DNA of 64,000 nucleotides. Origin: Microcoleus sp. (GTDB taxonomy: Bacteria; Cyanobacteriota; Cyanobacteriia; Cyanobacteriales; Microcoleaceae). The translations under genes and the position numbers were made by a program. Below are positions 19,652-30,171 of this stretch, in pieces. The notes below the pieces were generated by a model. The model ran no database searches and was not told the origin of the DNA. It worked only from the letters and a program-made list of their open reading frames with translations. The stretch spans positions 160,001 to 224,000 of the forward strand of contig JAYFMW010000028.1 in the NCBI GenBank assembly GCA_042408215.1. Reading direction: 5' to 3'. How positions within the stretch are numbered: position 1 is the first letter of the stretch; the number at the start of each line of letters is the position of its first letter.

Positions 19652-21247
19652 ATGACAGTCAATATCTACGCCCCTTCATCGCAGGACGCTTTAGAGTCAG
19701 AAGAAGTTAAGCTAATAAACTTAATCAATCAATACCGCGCTGAAAACGGACTGCCGCCGATACCAAAATCCAAGGCACTTACTACCGTTGCTAATCGCCA
19801 TGTCCAAGATTTAGCAGAAAACGTTGGTACTCTCACTCATGGCTGGAGTGATGCTCCCTATGATAGTAGCAATTCCACGACTTGGCCGAATATGTGGAAA
19901 GCTCCCCAACGACTTAATACAGGCTATCTCGGCAATGGTTACGAGAACGCTTTCGGAGGTTCTAGTGGGTTTGTCGCCACAGCGGAAAATGCTTTTAATG
20001 GTTGGAAAGAGAGTTCGTTACACAATGCTGTCATCCTGAATCAAGGCAGTTCTTGGCAAAACCGACAGTGGAAGGCTTTAGGAGTCGGCATCTACAAAGG
20101 ATACGCGGTGATGTGGGTTGGCGAGGAAACTGATCCTACAGGCGAACCCTCAATCAGCAGTGCTGCTATACCAACACCGACACCAACACCGACACCAACA
20201 CCAACACTAACACCTCCAGCGCCACCAACACCTCCAGCGCCACCGCCGGTGACTCCCTTGCCTCAAGACCCTATCCCAACACCAACACCCACGCCAACAC
20301 CAACACCAACACCCACGCCAACACCAACACCAACACCAACACCTCCAGCGCCGGTAGCACCTGGAGCACCACCGCCGGCGACTCCCTTGCCTCAAGACCC
20401 TATCCCTACACCAATACCGGTGGTGCCAGTACCCCCAGTACCCCCAGTACCCCCGTCGGCTCCACCTATACCAGTACCAGGGGACACATCTATTCCTACT
20501 GGTGTCATTATCAATGACTCTAGCTTGCTGAACGTTTTTGATAGCCTCTCTAACTCAGCAGCAGCAGGCGTGGCTAATGGAAACTTTGTGAAATTAACCG
20601 CAGGCAATGATTTTGTTGATTTATTACTTCCGGGTTTGACCGCAACCCCAAGCGACGGTGTACTTGCCTTGGAAGGAAATGATACTATCCTCGGCTCATC
20701 TGGTAATGATGCCGTCAACGGAAACGTCGGTGCAGATAGTTTGAAAGGTGCTGGTGGTAACGACTTGCTGCGTGGTGGCAAAGATGAAGATCGGATTTTT
20801 GGAGACGATGGGAATGACATTCTCAACGGTGGCAGAGACAACGATACCCTTGAAGGTGGCTCAGGCAATGATTTTGTGCGAGGAGGCCGAGACAATGACC
20901 TTTTAATTGGCGGTGATGGCAACGATATTCTGGTAGGCGATATTGGTTCAGATACTCTCACAGGCGGTAGCGGATCGGATACGTTTATTCTGATCGCTAA
21001 TTCTGAAGCAGGAAAACGCGATCCTAATTTGGCCGATCGAATTACTGATTTTGCTCAAGGCGATAGAATTGCGATCGCAGGCAACATTTCCCAAAGCGAA
21101 CTCCGTTTTAATGCTGTCGGTATGAACACGTTGATCCTACTGGCAAACGGCGACATTTTAGGCAATGTTATAAATGTGTTACCAGCGACTGTTCAGAGTG
21201 CTACATTCATCGTTCCCACTACAGATTCAGCCCTGCGTTTGGGATAA
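19652..21247 (+). CDS. CAP (SCP) domain protein with a Pro/Thr linker and RTX Ca2+-binding repeats
   Basis: LINQYRAENGL...A..H..DL...GYEN...W..S..HNAVIL...W.ALGVG; PTPTP linker; multiple GGxGND.L nonapeptides. Confidence 0.9.
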   Translation: MTVNIYAPSSQDALESEEVKLINLINQYRAENGLPPIPKSKALTTVANRHVQDLAENVGTLTHGWSDAPYDSSNSTTWPNMWKAPQRLNTGYLGNGYENAFGGSSGFVATAENAFNGWKESSLHNAVILNQGSSWQNRQWKALGVGIYKGYAVMWVGEETDPTGEPSISSAAIPTPTPTPTPTPTLTPPAPPTPPAPPPVTPLPQDPIPTPTPTPTPTPTPTPTPTPTPTPPAPVAPGAPPPATPLPQDPIPTPIPVVPVPPVPPVPPSAPPIPVPGDTSIPTGVIINDSSLLNVFDSLSNSAAAGVANGNFVKLTAGNDFVDLLLPGLTATPSDGVLALEGNDTILGSSGNDAVNGNVGADSLKGAGGNDLLRGGKDEDRIFGDDGNDILNGGRDNDTLEGGSGNDFVRGGRDNDLLIGGDGNDILVGDIGSDTLTGGSGSDTFILIANSEAGKRDPNLADRITDFAQGDRIAIAGNISQSELRFNAVGMNTLILLANGDILGNVINVLPATVQSATFIVPTTDSALRLG

Positions 21248-21369
21248 AATATGCTTTGTGGGGCAGGCATCTTGCCTGCCATTTACTTGTGTAAAAGTGC
21301 GATCGCCCTTATTTTCCCTGCATTGCGATCGCCCTTATTTTCCCTGCATTGCGGCTGTAATGCTAAGTT

Positions 21370-22278
21370 TTATGCAGGTTTTCCCGTCCCACTATACTCG
21401 GAAGCAACAATCATCGACCCAATACCCGAATCGCTGAAGATCTCTTGCAGCAAAGCGTGCTCAAGACGACCATCAATAATATGAGCAGCCTTCACACCCT
21501 GAGCTAAACTCCGCACACAACAAGTAACCTTCGGAATCATCCCACCAGAAACAACCCCAGACTCAATTAACTGTCGAGCCTCTTGAATATCTAACTTCAC
21601 AATCAGACTATCTGGCTGGTGATAATCCTCCAAAATTCCAGCAGTATCAGTCATCAAAATCAACTTTTCCGCACCCAAACCAGCAGCAATCTCTCCAGCC
21701 ACCGTGTCAGCATTAATATTGTAAGATTGACCATTTTCATCCGCCGCCACACTCGACACCACGGGAATATATCCGCTGTTCACCAAAGACTCCAAAATCT
21801 TGATGTTGACGCTGCTGACTTCGCCAACAAACCCAATCCCCTCCCGGCCATCAGGACGAGCTTGAATCAGATTACCATCCTTGCCGCACAATCCCACCGC
21901 CTTGCCGCCAGCTTGGTTAATTAACGAAACAATTTCCTTATTTACCTTCCCCACCAAAACCATCTCCACAACTTCCATCGTCGCCGCATTAGTCACCCTC
22001 AAACCGTTCTTAAATTGCGGCTCAATTCCCAACTTTTCCAGCCAAATATTAATTTCCGGGCCGCCGCCGTGAACCACAACCGGACGCATCCCCACGCAGG
22101 ATAGCAGCACAATGTCTCGGATCACCTTTTCTTTGAGATTGCTCTCCTTCATCGCGGCACCGCCGTATTTGACGACAACAGTGCGACCGGCAAACTGTTG
22201 AATGTAAGGGAGGGCCTCCGAAAGCACCTGCACCCGATTGGTCTCTACGTTCCTGGGAAAATCGCTATGTTTGAGCAT
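21370..22278 (-). CDS. argB: Acetylglutamate kinase
   Basis: [43 protein letters not shown] and GGMIPKV motifs. Confidence 0.97.
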   Translation of the reverse strand: MLKHSDFPRNVETNRVQVLSEALPYIQQFAGRTVVVKYGGAAMKESNLKEKVIRDIVLLSCVGMRPVVVHGGGPEINIWLEKLGIEPQFKNGLRVTNAATMEVVEMVLVGKVNKEIVSLINQAGGKAVGLCGKDGNLIQARPDGREGIGFVGEVSSVNIKILESLVNSGYIPVVSSVAADENGQSYNINADTVAGEIAAGLGAEKLILMTDTAGILEDYHQPDSLIVKLDIQEARQLIESGVVSGGMIPKVTCCVRSLAQGVKAAHIIDGRLEHALLQEIFSDSGIGSMIVASEYSGTGKPA

Positions 22279-22557
22279 ACAAGGACAAATGGCTAAAAAC
22301 TTAAGTGTAAAGTTTAATGTCTCAAGCAACTATCAACAAACGCAAAAAGAAGGAAGAAGTCATTAGTCAGCAGTCATTAGTCAGCAGTCAGTAGCCGGAT
22401 TAATGCCCCAGGCGATGGCGGCCCAATTCCCGATCGCCCCGAGCCTGAGTTTCAATAGGTTTTCTTAATAATCTAAGTTAAAACTTTGTATTATAACTTA
22501 TGACTTTCTTGCTAAAGTAAAGAAATGTATTGCTACTCTTGATTTACTTAAGGTTTT

Positions 22558-23382
22558 ATGTTAAAGGCTGTCACCGCGGAATCCGAAAACTCTCAGTACA
22601 AGCTACCTTCACAGGCTGACACGTCTCCCCAAATGACGGTATTTTGCGATTTAGACGGGCCGATCGTCGATGTGTCCGATCGCTACTACACCACCTATCA
22701 ACAGGGATTAGCCGACACTCAAGCAGCCTATGGAGCCCAGGGAATCAACCTCAACCTGCAAATACTCAGCAAACAGCAGTTTTGGCAAATGAAGCAAAAC
22801 CGCGTACCGGATACTGAAATAGCCAAAAGTTCCGGCTTATCGGGAGCAGAAATTCACGTTTTTCTCGGATGCGTGAGTCGGATTGTCAATCAGCCGGACT
22901 TGTTGCACTTAGATCGCATTCAGCCGGGAGTACAATGGGCGATCGCCCTGCTTCATTCCCGTGGCGTGCGACTGATCTTAGTCACCTTGCGACCCAGAAA
23001 TCAAGCCACTCAATTGTTGCAAAATTACGGTTTAGCCAGACTATTTACCTGCATTTGCGGAACTCAGATTCCCGATGCAGCTTATCACAATTATACAGCC
23101 TTAAAAACCGAATTGTTGGCTGAAGTTGTAGAAGAATTTGAGTCATCTCTGGGTTCTGCTTGGATGATCGGAGATACCGAAGCAGATATCCTCGCAGGAC
23201 AAGCATTAGGAATACCGACAATTGCTGTTACCTGTGGCATTCGCAGCCGCTATCAACTGCAAAAATACCAGCCCAATTTTATTTTCAGCGACCTAATTAT
23301 TGCCGTTCATCACTTATTAGGTTCTGCTACCTCCGGGGCGGGTTTTACCAACCATCCACGCCTTAAATCAACAATCTGCTAA
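22558..23382 (+). CDS. HAD-family hydrolase
   Basis: FCDLDGPIVDVS (motif I) and WMIGDTEADI (motif IV). The C-terminal ~15 aa run through a GGGGCGGGTTT...AAACCCGCCCC palindrome. Confidence 0.9.
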   Translation: MLKAVTAESENSQYKLPSQADTSPQMTVFCDLDGPIVDVSDRYYTTYQQGLADTQAAYGAQGINLNLQILSKQQFWQMKQNRVPDTEIAKSSGLSGAEIHVFLGCVSRIVNQPDLLHLDRIQPGVQWAIALLHSRGVRLILVTLRPRNQATQLLQNYGLARLFTCICGTQIPDAAYHNYTALKTELLAEVVEEFESSLGSAWMIGDTEADILAGQALGIPTIAVTCGIRSRYQLQKYQPNFIFSDLIIAVHHLLGSATSGAGFTNHPRLKSTIC

Positions 23383-23446
23383 ACCCGCCCCCGCCCAACC
23401 AAAAATCACAATGTACATTTTTTGTATTCGATCAAAGTCAAGTTTG

Positions 23447-24277
23447 ATGTAGGCGATCGGTTGTGGTGGCGGGTTTATATATATTGTTGGCGGGTGTTAG
23501 ATTTTGTTGGTAAAACCCGCCCCTACAGACCTTCGCAGATGTAGGCGATCGGTTGTGTGGGGCGGGTTTATATAGATTGTTGGCTGGTGTTAGATTTTGT
23601 TGGTAAAACCCGCCCCTACAGACCTTCGCAGATGTAGGCGATCGGTTGTGTGGGGGCGGGTTTATATAGATTGTTGGCGAGCGTTAGATTTTGTTGGTAA
23701 AACCCGCCCCTACAGACCTTCGCAGATGTAGGCGATCGGTTGTGTGGGGCGGGTTTATATAGATTGTTGGCTGGTGTTAGATTTTGTTGGTAAAACCCGC
23801 CCCTACAGACCTTCGCAGATGTAGGCGATCGGTTGTGTGGGGGCGGGTTTATATAGATTGTTGGCGGGTGTTAGATTTTGTTGGTAAAACCCGCCCCTAC
23901 AGACCTTCGCAGATGTAGGCGATCGGTTGTGGGGGGCGGGTTTATATAGATTGTTGGCGGGTGTTAGATTTTGTTGGTAAAACCCGCCCCTACAGACCTT
24001 CGCAGATGTAGGCGATCGGTTGTGTGGGGCGGGTTTATATAGATTGTTGGCTGGTGTTAGATTTTGTTGGTAAAACCCGCCCCTACAGACCTTCGCAGAT
24101 GTAGGCGATCGGTTGTGTGGGGGCGGGTTTATATAGATTGTTGGCGAGCGTTAGATTTTGTTGGTAAAACCCGCCCCTACAGACCTTCGCAGATGTAGGC
24201 GATCGGTTGTGTGGGGCGGGTTTATATAGATTGTTGGCTGGTGTTAGATTTTGTTGGTAAAACCCGCCCCTACAGAC
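23447..24277. repeat. Tandem array, 9 x 91-94 bp palindrome-containing units
   Basis: Units start at 23447, 23538, 23631, 23725, 23818, 23912, 24005, 24098 and 24192; each has GGGGCGGGTTT...AAACCCGCCCC arms (left arm degenerate in unit 1). Confidence 0.95.
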
Positions 24278-24283
24278 TAATGA

Positions 24284-24850
24284 CTAAGATTTTTCTAAAT
24301 TCCTCGTCATTTCCCACAAGTGATTTAGGGGAAAATAAATCACCGGAGCCCAAAGACTACTGAGAATAGCAGAACACAAAGCCACTCGTTGACGATCGCT
24401 CCAAATTTCAACTAAAGCTCGATCGCCCATCGCCAAAAATTGAAGTCCCATCACCGTTTCCGCCAACACCGCCATCCCAAACACAATTAACGCGATCGGA
24501 ATCGGATCTCTCTCCACAAGATCAGCAGGAATCGACCAAGTTTTCAGCAAAACAACCGTGAGCACTGCTACAACAACTAGACTCACAGCGTGGGTGGGAT
24601 CAGGAGCCGTCATCGCATCTTGAAGAAACCCCAAAACCAGCCCCATGCTCGCAGCTCCCAAAACTGTACGTTTCCGCTTAATACTCCAAGCTACCACCCA
24701 AATTAACAGCCAGTTCGGGCTAATTCCCAGCAGTTCCATTCCCGGCATCCGAGTGGGTAATATCAGTATGCACAGAATCACAGAAGTAAATGTCACGGTG
24801 AAGTTGAGAAATTGACGCGATCGCCAAGACATCCGAGGTAAAGCCTTCAT
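24284..24850 (-). CDS. mreD: Rod shape-determining protein MreD
   Basis: Hydrophobic; PNWLLIWVVAWS and GFLQD motifs; overlaps the mreC stop. Confidence 0.92.
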   Translation of the reverse strand: MKALPRMSWRSRQFLNFTVTFTSVILCILILPTRMPGMELLGISPNWLLIWVVAWSIKRKRTVLGAASMGLVLGFLQDAMTAPDPTHAVSLVVVAVLTVVLLKTWSIPADLVERDPIPIALIVFGMAVLAETVMGLQFLAMGDRALVEIWSDRQRVALCSAILSSLWAPVIYFPLNHLWEMTRNLEKS

Positions 24851-25653
24851 TTTTTCCCTACTCCCCCTTGTGGTGCAGAAGTTTGAGCTTCAGAAGCCTT
24901 TTGGTCAGCTTGCTTATTGTGAGGGTAAACCACCGCCCACTCCAGAGAATTCATCGGTACAGAAAACTCAATCACAGCTTCAGGAGCCGGAGTTTTATTC
25001 ATATCCACCGAAACCACTTTTCCCACCGGCAAACCAGCAGGGAACAACTGACTGAAAGAAGAAGTGGAAACCACATCCCCAGGCTTGACATTGGGAACAT
25101 TATCAAAAAATTCCATCACAGCTTGGTTTTTCCCTTTCCCCCGCATAAAACCCATGTGCCTAGTGCGGGTAATTCCCACACCTAATTGACTCGTAGGGTC
25201 ACTGATTAAAAGCACCAAGCTAGTATTAGGAGTAACGCTAACAACCCGACCTACCAAACCGCCTGGGCCCATCACAGTAAAATCAGTTTTAATACCATCA
25301 TTACTGCCCCGACCCAAAGTTACTTGCTGCCACCAATGGTCGGCGCTGCGGCCAATAATAGGAGCTACAACCCCTTGAGTTTTCTTAGCAGAAACATAAC
25401 CTAAAAGCTCTTTTAGCTTCTGATTTTGAATCTCTAATTCTAATACCTGCGCTTGCAATTCCTGAGTCCGCGCCAAGATGAGCTGTTCTTGTCCAGAGCC
25501 GTTGGCGTGAAACGGGCGAGTCACCCAATTGTAGGCTTCAAACATTGCTGTACCTTGTGTTTGCCGAACTCCCCAAGCAGCAGTTACAGCTAAACCTAAA
25601 AGTGCAATTTGTAATCGCAGATCCCACCACCTGCGGAATGTGTTCTTTAGCAT
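24847..25653 (-). CDS. mreC: Rod shape-determining protein MreC
   Basis: TM plus coiled coil, then GLVGRV, VLLISD, GD.V.TS and FPAGLPVG motifs. Confidence 0.95.
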   Translation of the reverse strand: MLKNTFRRWWDLRLQIALLGLAVTAAWGVRQTQGTAMFEAYNWVTRPFHANGSGQEQLILARTQELQAQVLELEIQNQKLKELLGYVSAKKTQGVVAPIIGRSADHWWQQVTLGRGSNDGIKTDFTVMGPGGLVGRVVSVTPNTSLVLLISDPTSQLGVGITRTRHMGFMRGKGKNQAVMEFFDNVPNVKPGDVVSTSSFSQLFPAGLPVGKVVSVDMNKTPAPEAVIEFSVPMNSLEWAVVYPHNKQADQKASEAQTSAPQGGVGKK

Positions 25654-25746
25654 AATTTCAGAAATCTAAAATTGTTTTATCAGGATTTCAGATTTGAGAT
25701 AGCAGCTCTAATCTAAAATCCCAAATCCCAAATTTGTTAACTACAT

Positions 25747-26781
25747 TTAGCGTGATTGTCCGCTGAAAACCCGTTCTAAATGTTTGTTTTCCAATACCCT
25801 ACCAGTTCCCAAAACCACGCAGCACAGAGGGTCTGCTGCAACGTGAGTGACAATTCCTGTTTCGTGACTGATCAGAGTATCTAAACCTTTCATCAGTGCT
25901 CCACCACCTGCCAGCATGATTCCCCTGTCAATAATATCTGCTGCTAATTCCGGGGGCGTGCGCTCCAAAGTACGCTTCACAGCTTCCACAATTACTGAAA
26001 GCGGTTCCGACATACTTTCACGAATTTCTGGGCCTTTAATAGTAACAGTTCGTGGCAGACCGGACAACAAGTGTAAGCCCCGCACTTCCATCATCACGTC
26101 GTCATCCTGTGGAGTTGGATATGCTGAACCGATCTGAATTTTAATTTCTTCAGCAGTGCGTTCGCCGATTACCAAATTATGAACTTTTTTCATATATTGG
26201 ACGATCGCCTCATTGAGTTCGTCGCCCGCCACCCGAACTGACTCGCTAATCACCGTACCTTGCAAACTCAAAACCGCAACTTCCGTCGTGCCCCCGCCGA
26301 TATCTATAATCATATTACCCGTCGCCTCGGCCACAGGCAGTCCAGCTCCGATCGCCGCCGCTATCGGTTCATCAATTAACCGAACTTCTCTAGCACCGGC
26401 CTGAGTTGCCGCCTCAATCACCGCCCGCCTTTCTACTCCAGTGACACCGCTGGGGATGCCAATAATGATCCGAGGCGACACTAGGGTTTTGCCATCGTGA
26501 ACCCTGCGGATAAAAGCCTTGAGCATGAGTTCCGCCATATCGAAGTCAGCGATGACCCCGTCGCGAAGTGGCCGCACCGCTATAATGTTCCCCGGCGTGC
26601 GGCCGAGCATTTTTTTAGCCTCTTCTCCAACAGCCAGCGGTATTTTTAGGTCTTGGTCGATCGCCACTACAGAAGGTTCTTGCAGAACAATACCTTTGCC
26701 GGATACATAAACGAGCGTGTTAGCAGTACCGAGGTCGATACCCATATCTCTAGATAAGGAAAATCGATTGAGAAGACCCAC
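25747..26781 (-). CDS. mreB: Actin-like MreB
   Basis: [27 protein letters not shown] and LAGGGAL motifs. Confidence 0.98.
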   Translation of the reverse strand: MGLLNRFSLSRDMGIDLGTANTLVYVSGKGIVLQEPSVVAIDQDLKIPLAVGEEAKKMLGRTPGNIIAVRPLRDGVIADFDMAELMLKAFIRRVHDGKTLVSPRIIIGIPSGVTGVERRAVIEAATQAGAREVRLIDEPIAAAIGAGLPVAEATGNMIIDIGGGTTEVAVLSLQGTVISESVRVAGDELNEAIVQYMKKVHNLVIGERTAEEIKIQIGSAYPTPQDDDVMMEVRGLHLLSGLPRTVTIKGPEIRESMSEPLSVIVEAVKRTLERTPPELAADIIDRGIMLAGGGALMKGLDTLISHETGIVTHVAADPLCCVVLGTGRVLENKHLERVFSGQSR

Positions 26782-27134
26782 TGATTTGTACCCCCCCCCA
26801 AAACTAAAATACTATTGTGTGCAATAATGTTGTTACAAAAGTGTAACCGAGGTGGATTCTATTACGTTTTTCATCCTGAGTCTAGTCAAAAAGTACATTC
26901 TTGCACTTCGACTCCGTGGTTCGACTACGCGGTTCCTGAGCGTAGTCGAAGGGCACCAACCACGAGCGTGACCGCTGCCGTGACAATCAATGTGTTCTGG
27001 TAAGTGGGTGTAAAATCAGGATGAAGCTGCTATCGGTGCCATTCCCACTGCCATTAAGGGCGCTGTTTGGATGCAAGAGCGCGGCTAGAAGACGTTAACT
27101 ACAGTATCGATCGACCACATTCCTAAAAAATTTT

Positions 27135-27494
27135 ATGAGTCTTAATGTTGTAACTTTAGTCGGCCGCGTCGGTGGCGACCCGGACGTGAAGTATTTTGAA
27201 TCGGGTAAAGTTAAGTGCAGGTTGACGCTGGCCGTGAGAAGGCGATCTCGCAATAGTGACGAACCAGACTGGTTTACCCTGGAACTCTGGGATAAAGTAG
27301 CCCAGATTGCTGCTGACTACGTTCGCAAAGGCGCTCAAATAGGGGTTACAGGCTCTTTGAAGTTCGATCGCTGGCAAGACCGCAATACCGGAGCAAATCG
27401 CTCGATGCCAGTAATTAAGGTAGACCAGTTAGACTTGCTAGGCTCGAAACGGGACAATGAGTCCAGTATGTCGGAAAATCACAGAGAATTCTAG
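27135..27494 (+). CDS. ssb: Single-stranded DNA-binding protein
   Basis: NVVTLVGRVG.DP, PDWF...W...A...ADYVRKG..IGV.GSL. Confidence 0.93.
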   Translation: MSLNVVTLVGRVGGDPDVKYFESGKVKCRLTLAVRRRSRNSDEPDWFTLELWDKVAQIAADYVRKGAQIGVTGSLKFDRWQDRNTGANRSMPVIKVDQLDLLGSKRDNESSMSENHREF

Positions 27495-27541
27495 TATTTG
27501 GCGGATTGGGGAATTAAGATTGTAGAATTGGGCGGGAGCTG

Positions 27542-28063
27542 GTGACTTCAGAAAAGCTAGAAATTGTTCAAAATGAATACCTTGCTGGCAAAGTTGCTTT
27601 TGAGGGCGGCCAGTATGCAAAAGCTGTGCAGAGTTTAGAAACTGCTAGCGGTTTAGTCGAGCGCAATTCCCGTTTGGGCGGCGAAGTGCAGATCTGGCTG
27701 GTAACAGCTTATCAGGCGAGCGGCAATACAGAAGGGGCGATCGGGCTTTGCCGGCAACTCACCCGCCATCCCAGCCTAGAAACCCGCAAGCAAGCAAAAC
27801 GGCTGCTCTTCATTCTCGAAGCACCCAAGCTCAGCATCCCTCCCGAATGGATGGTGAAAATTCCCGATTTGGCAGCTTTAGATGAAAATGAATCTACCAA
27901 TTTTCAAGCCAGTCCCAACGCTGATATCAAGTATGCTAAACCCAAGCCAGTTGTACCGGAACCTGTGGACTTGAGCCTGGTTAATACAAAAGATAATAGA
28001 TTTATTTGGGTAGCGTTAATTGCGATCGTTTTGATTTTAGGAGGCTTATTTATTAGTTATTAA
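27542..28063 (+). CDS. TPR-like protein with a C-terminal membrane anchor
   Basis: Helical-repeat-like N-terminus (GKVAFEGGQY..A) and a C-terminal TM helix. Confidence 0.75.
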   Translation: MTSEKLEIVQNEYLAGKVAFEGGQYAKAVQSLETASGLVERNSRLGGEVQIWLVTAYQASGNTEGAIGLCRQLTRHPSLETRKQAKRLLFILEAPKLSIPPEWMVKIPDLAALDENESTNFQASPNADIKYAKPKPVVPEPVDLSLVNTKDNRFIWVALIAIVLILGGLFISY

Positions 28064-28306
28064 GAAGTTAACCAATGGCTTTTAGCGATCGAAGTATCAG
28101 CGCCAATCCAGCTACAGTAAGAGTTTCAGCTATCAAGAATGTCTGAAACGTCGATCGGGTTGCTATAATATCAAATACGTTAGCATCGGAATTATTCATC
28201 TCTCTCTTCTCGAACTCTGCGTTCTCTGCGTTCTAGAAAGGTTAAATCATTCCGGGGCAACCAGATTTGATATAACTCCTCGGCCCTAAAAAGAAGGATT
28301 TAGGTA

Positions 28307-28421
28307 TTGACAAAGGCTGAAATTCTGTGATATTATTTTTATAATGGGAGTGGTGGCAAAAATATTATTTTCGTCACCACTCCCATTATAAGATTATACA
28401 TAATTAAATGCTGAAAGTCAA
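28307..28421. promoter_or_regulatory. Two convergent sigma70-like promoters flanking a 17 bp perfect inverted repeat
   Basis: Plus strand: TTGACA-18-TATTAT (28307-28336). Minus strand: TTGACT-17-TATAAT (28421-28393). IR TTATAATGGGAGTGGTG / CACCACTCCCATTATAA spans 28339-28391. Confidence 0.55.
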
Positions 28422-28562
28422 GCCTTTAACCTTAAAAAAAATGGCGATTTTTTTTTATTTCAGTCAGATAAAAATTTATAACTAGAGCAACCGCTTTGGC
28501 TGTGAGGCGGCTTGCTGGTTCAGTTAAAATAAAACAAAGACCAAACCTGAAAGGCGATTATC

Positions 28563-29867
28563 GTGAGCGATTCCACCATAGAACAGATATTGAAATTGGC
28601 AAGTCAGCGGGCTTCGGCCGCTGAAGTATACTACCTGTCAAGTCAAGACACGCCGATCGAATTTGAAAACAATCGCCTCAAATCCCTCCAAACCAAAGCC
28701 CTCCAAGGCGTAGCACTACGACTGATTTACAAGGGCAAAATCGGTTTTGCCAGTTCCACGGATTTAACGCGGGTAGAGGATTTAGTCGATGCAGCCATTC
28801 AAACTGCCGAAATAGGCGATCGGGCCGAATTTGAACTCGCCTCCAACTTCCACCTAAAAACCCCGGAAACCACCTACATTCCGCCCACAACAGCCGAATT
28901 AGTCGAAAACGGCAAAAACCTGATCGAGGAAGTTCACGCCTACAATCCCGATATAATCGTCGATGTGGGCTTCCACGTCCGCAGCGGCCGCGTGAAAATT
29001 GCCACCACACAAGATGTGTATGCCGAAAGAAGCAGCCAAATAGTCAGCGCGACTATTGCCGGCAATCTGGTACTAGGAGAAGATTTTATGCAAGCATACA
29101 GCTACGACGTCGCGCGCGATCGCCCCCTCGACACCAACAACATCCTCCAAACACTCCTGGAAAAATACCGCCTCGCCGAAAATTCAGCCACCATCACCAG
29201 CGGTACCTACCCAGTATTATTTACCCCCAATGCCGCCGCTAGCACCCTCGGCAGCCTATTTGATACCATCCTTTCAGGTCAAGCCGTCGTTCAAAAAGCT
29301 TCTCCCCTAGCCGACAAAATCGGCGAAACCTTATTTGACGAACGCTTTACCTTTTTTGAAGATCCGACTTTGGGCCCTTCTGCTTGTCCCTTTGACGACG
29401 AAGGTACTCCCACAACTCGCAAAGTCTTAATTGACAAAGGTACTGTCACCGGATTTTACTGGGATCGCAGATGGGCGGCTCGCTCCGGTGTAGAATCTAC
29501 AGGCAACGGTTTTCGCGGCGGACTGTCTCGCCCGAGCCCGGATTTGACTAACTTTTGCATTTCCCCAGGAAATACCCCTACTCAAGAATTGATTGCTAGC
29601 ATGGACGAAGGCTTAATAGTAGAACAGGTTTTAGGTGCCGGTCAGTCCAATCAATTAGCTGGCGAATTTTCGGTCAATTTGGCTTTAGGCTATAAAGTAG
29701 AAAAAGGTAAAATTGTCGGTCGCGTCAAGAATACAATGGTGGCCGGCAGTATTTTTGAAGCCTTTAAAAATTTGGTAGATTTGAGTAGCGAATCCGAATG
29801 GGTAGGTGGTGCGGCATATTTACCCAGTATGATGTTTCAACAGTTGGGTGTGGCATCAAGGCAATAA
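28563..29867 (+). CDS. TldD/PmbA family protein (PmbA/TldE-like)
   Basis: G.GFAS, PFDDEG.P, STGNG.R and GEFS...GY.VE.G.I motifs; no HExxGH seen. Confidence 0.88.
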   Translation: MSDSTIEQILKLASQRASAAEVYYLSSQDTPIEFENNRLKSLQTKALQGVALRLIYKGKIGFASSTDLTRVEDLVDAAIQTAEIGDRAEFELASNFHLKTPETTYIPPTTAELVENGKNLIEEVHAYNPDIIVDVGFHVRSGRVKIATTQDVYAERSSQIVSATIAGNLVLGEDFMQAYSYDVARDRPLDTNNILQTLLEKYRLAENSATITSGTYPVLFTPNAAASTLGSLFDTILSGQAVVQKASPLADKIGETLFDERFTFFEDPTLGPSACPFDDEGTPTTRKVLIDKGTVTGFYWDRRWAARSGVESTGNGFRGGLSRPSPDLTNFCISPGNTPTQELIASMDEGLIVEQVLGAGQSNQLAGEFSVNLALGYKVEKGKIVGRVKNTMVAGSIFEAFKNLVDLSSESEWVGGAAYLPSMMFQQLGVASRQ

Positions 29868-29902
29868 GTTAAGTAGGGTTTTACTCGTTACCAGGCTCTG
29901 CC

Positions 29903-30121
29903 GATTGGTGACAACTTAACATTAAACGTAATACCGGTCTGCTGTTTGATGATTAGGCTCAGATCCCCCCTAACCCCCCTTAAGAAGGGGGGAACCGGAA
30001 ATGGCTCTTTCGTCACCCCCTACTCACACCCTACTCCCTTCTTAAGGGGGATGCGAGGGGGATCTAGACTCGGCTGTGAACGAGAGATACAAAGGTTTTC
30101 AGGCTTAAGTTGTCACGAATC
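29903..30121. mobile_element. MITE family A, copy 3
   Basis: GATTGGTGACAACTTAA...TTAAGTTGTCACGAATC TIRs; same internal palindromes as the other copies. Confidence 0.85.
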
Positions 30122-30171
30122 GGCAGAGCATTGAAACCAGTTAACCAGTTAAAAAATACAATAAAAGTAAA

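Noticed and set aside
23447..24277. Possible CRISPR array or integron attC array
   Set aside because: No unique spacers or cassettes; only 1-3 nt variants between units.
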